The position numbers and the translations under genes are program-made. This document shows positions 63,362-64,000 of a stretch of DNA of 64,000 nucleotides, in pieces. Positions within the stretch are counted from its first letter, which is position 1, and each line of letters starts with the position of its first letter. The DNA lies in NCBI GenBank assembly GCA_003971905.1, contig RSEE01000008.1:558001-622000 (forward strand). The letters run 5' to 3'. The stretch is from Moniliella sp. 'wahieum' (lineage: Eukaryota). A model generated the notes under the pieces. That model had not been told where the DNA came from and ran no database searches. It was given only the letters and a program-made list of their open reading frames with translations.

Positions 63362-64000
63362 GTCATTTTTTGCATGGCAACGCTCCCTCTCTCAAACCTC
63401 TCACCAAGTGACTCCTTGCCTGGGCTCGATCCATCATTATCCACATGATATCCCCCTCTCACGCTACAGCTGGGCTGGGCCTACTTTGCCACTGCTCCGA
63501 GTGCTGCAGCTGGTTGGCCCGCCTCTGTGCCTTTGTTCCCTAGTTCGCCCGCGTATGTTTTTACCTACGATGGCACCCTGGTTTCGCGACATGTTTCCTC
63601 TTCTTTGCTCTATCTTTCCTGATTTTTTGGCTCTTTGAATGGATTGAATGTTCCGTGGGTTTGGAGTAGTTGAACAGATCGCACGTTCAACGTTCAACCA
63701 ACGAATGTAATAACAGCGTATAACCGGTAGCCCGTTCAACTGGCACCATGTGGGCATGTTGTGACGTGGAGATGTGAGCTTCGGAACAAGACAGCAGTTG
63801 TGTGCTGCATCGACACTACTAGGCCACTGCTTTATTCTGGCTCCTGCGCCTTCCCTTCGTAACGTTCTGGTCTTCCCTTAACCAATCTTCACGTCATGAA
63901 CCGGCACCGCTGCCACACTCGATACTTTGTCGGGGTTACCGACCAGATCCCTAGCTCTTTCAGTGGGTCGGGGGTCGGATCTCTGATTGCGAACAGGTGC

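Overview
Eukaryotic genomic DNA from a GC-rich, intron-poor basidiomycete fungus, probably Ustilaginomycotina-like. This placement is an inference from GTRNGT/CTRAC/YAG introns, a Ustilago-type Ras1 and a retained CENP-K. The window holds about 20 protein-coding genes: ADC-lyase/aminotransferase IV 3' end, seipin, COX23, a PPR-like protein, a small Cys-repeat protein, CENP-K, a DUF676-type hydrolase, RIB3, a peroxisomal CoA-transferase III/AMACR, a GMC oxidoreductase, a mitochondrial cyclophilin, a GNAT-Mss4 fusion, a PCL-type cyclin, apyrase YND1, RAS1, EMC3, MIC10, an MPR1-like GNAT and a ~9 kb neurofibromin/IRA RasGAP. It also has three intron-containing tRNA genes (Asn-GTT, Val-AAC, Leu-AAG) and transposon relics at 21-25 kb and 33.7-35.3 kb: two solo LTRs with 5-bp TSDs, a CRE-like RLE non-LTR retroelement and a three-copy dispersed repeat. 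Many conserved genes carry single-base frameshifts, most likely assembly indels, so gene boundaries are approximate. Two observations stand out. (1) A small protein of five C-PTG(S/Q)G-C-x-C modules separated by spacers resembling mitochondrial presequences, a candidate MPP-processed metallothionein-like polyprotein. (2) A window-wide intergenic pattern of 7-bp-period arrays built as TNA + 4-bp palindrome + TNA, using 12 different palindromes and densest in a 6.5 kb gene-free stretch.
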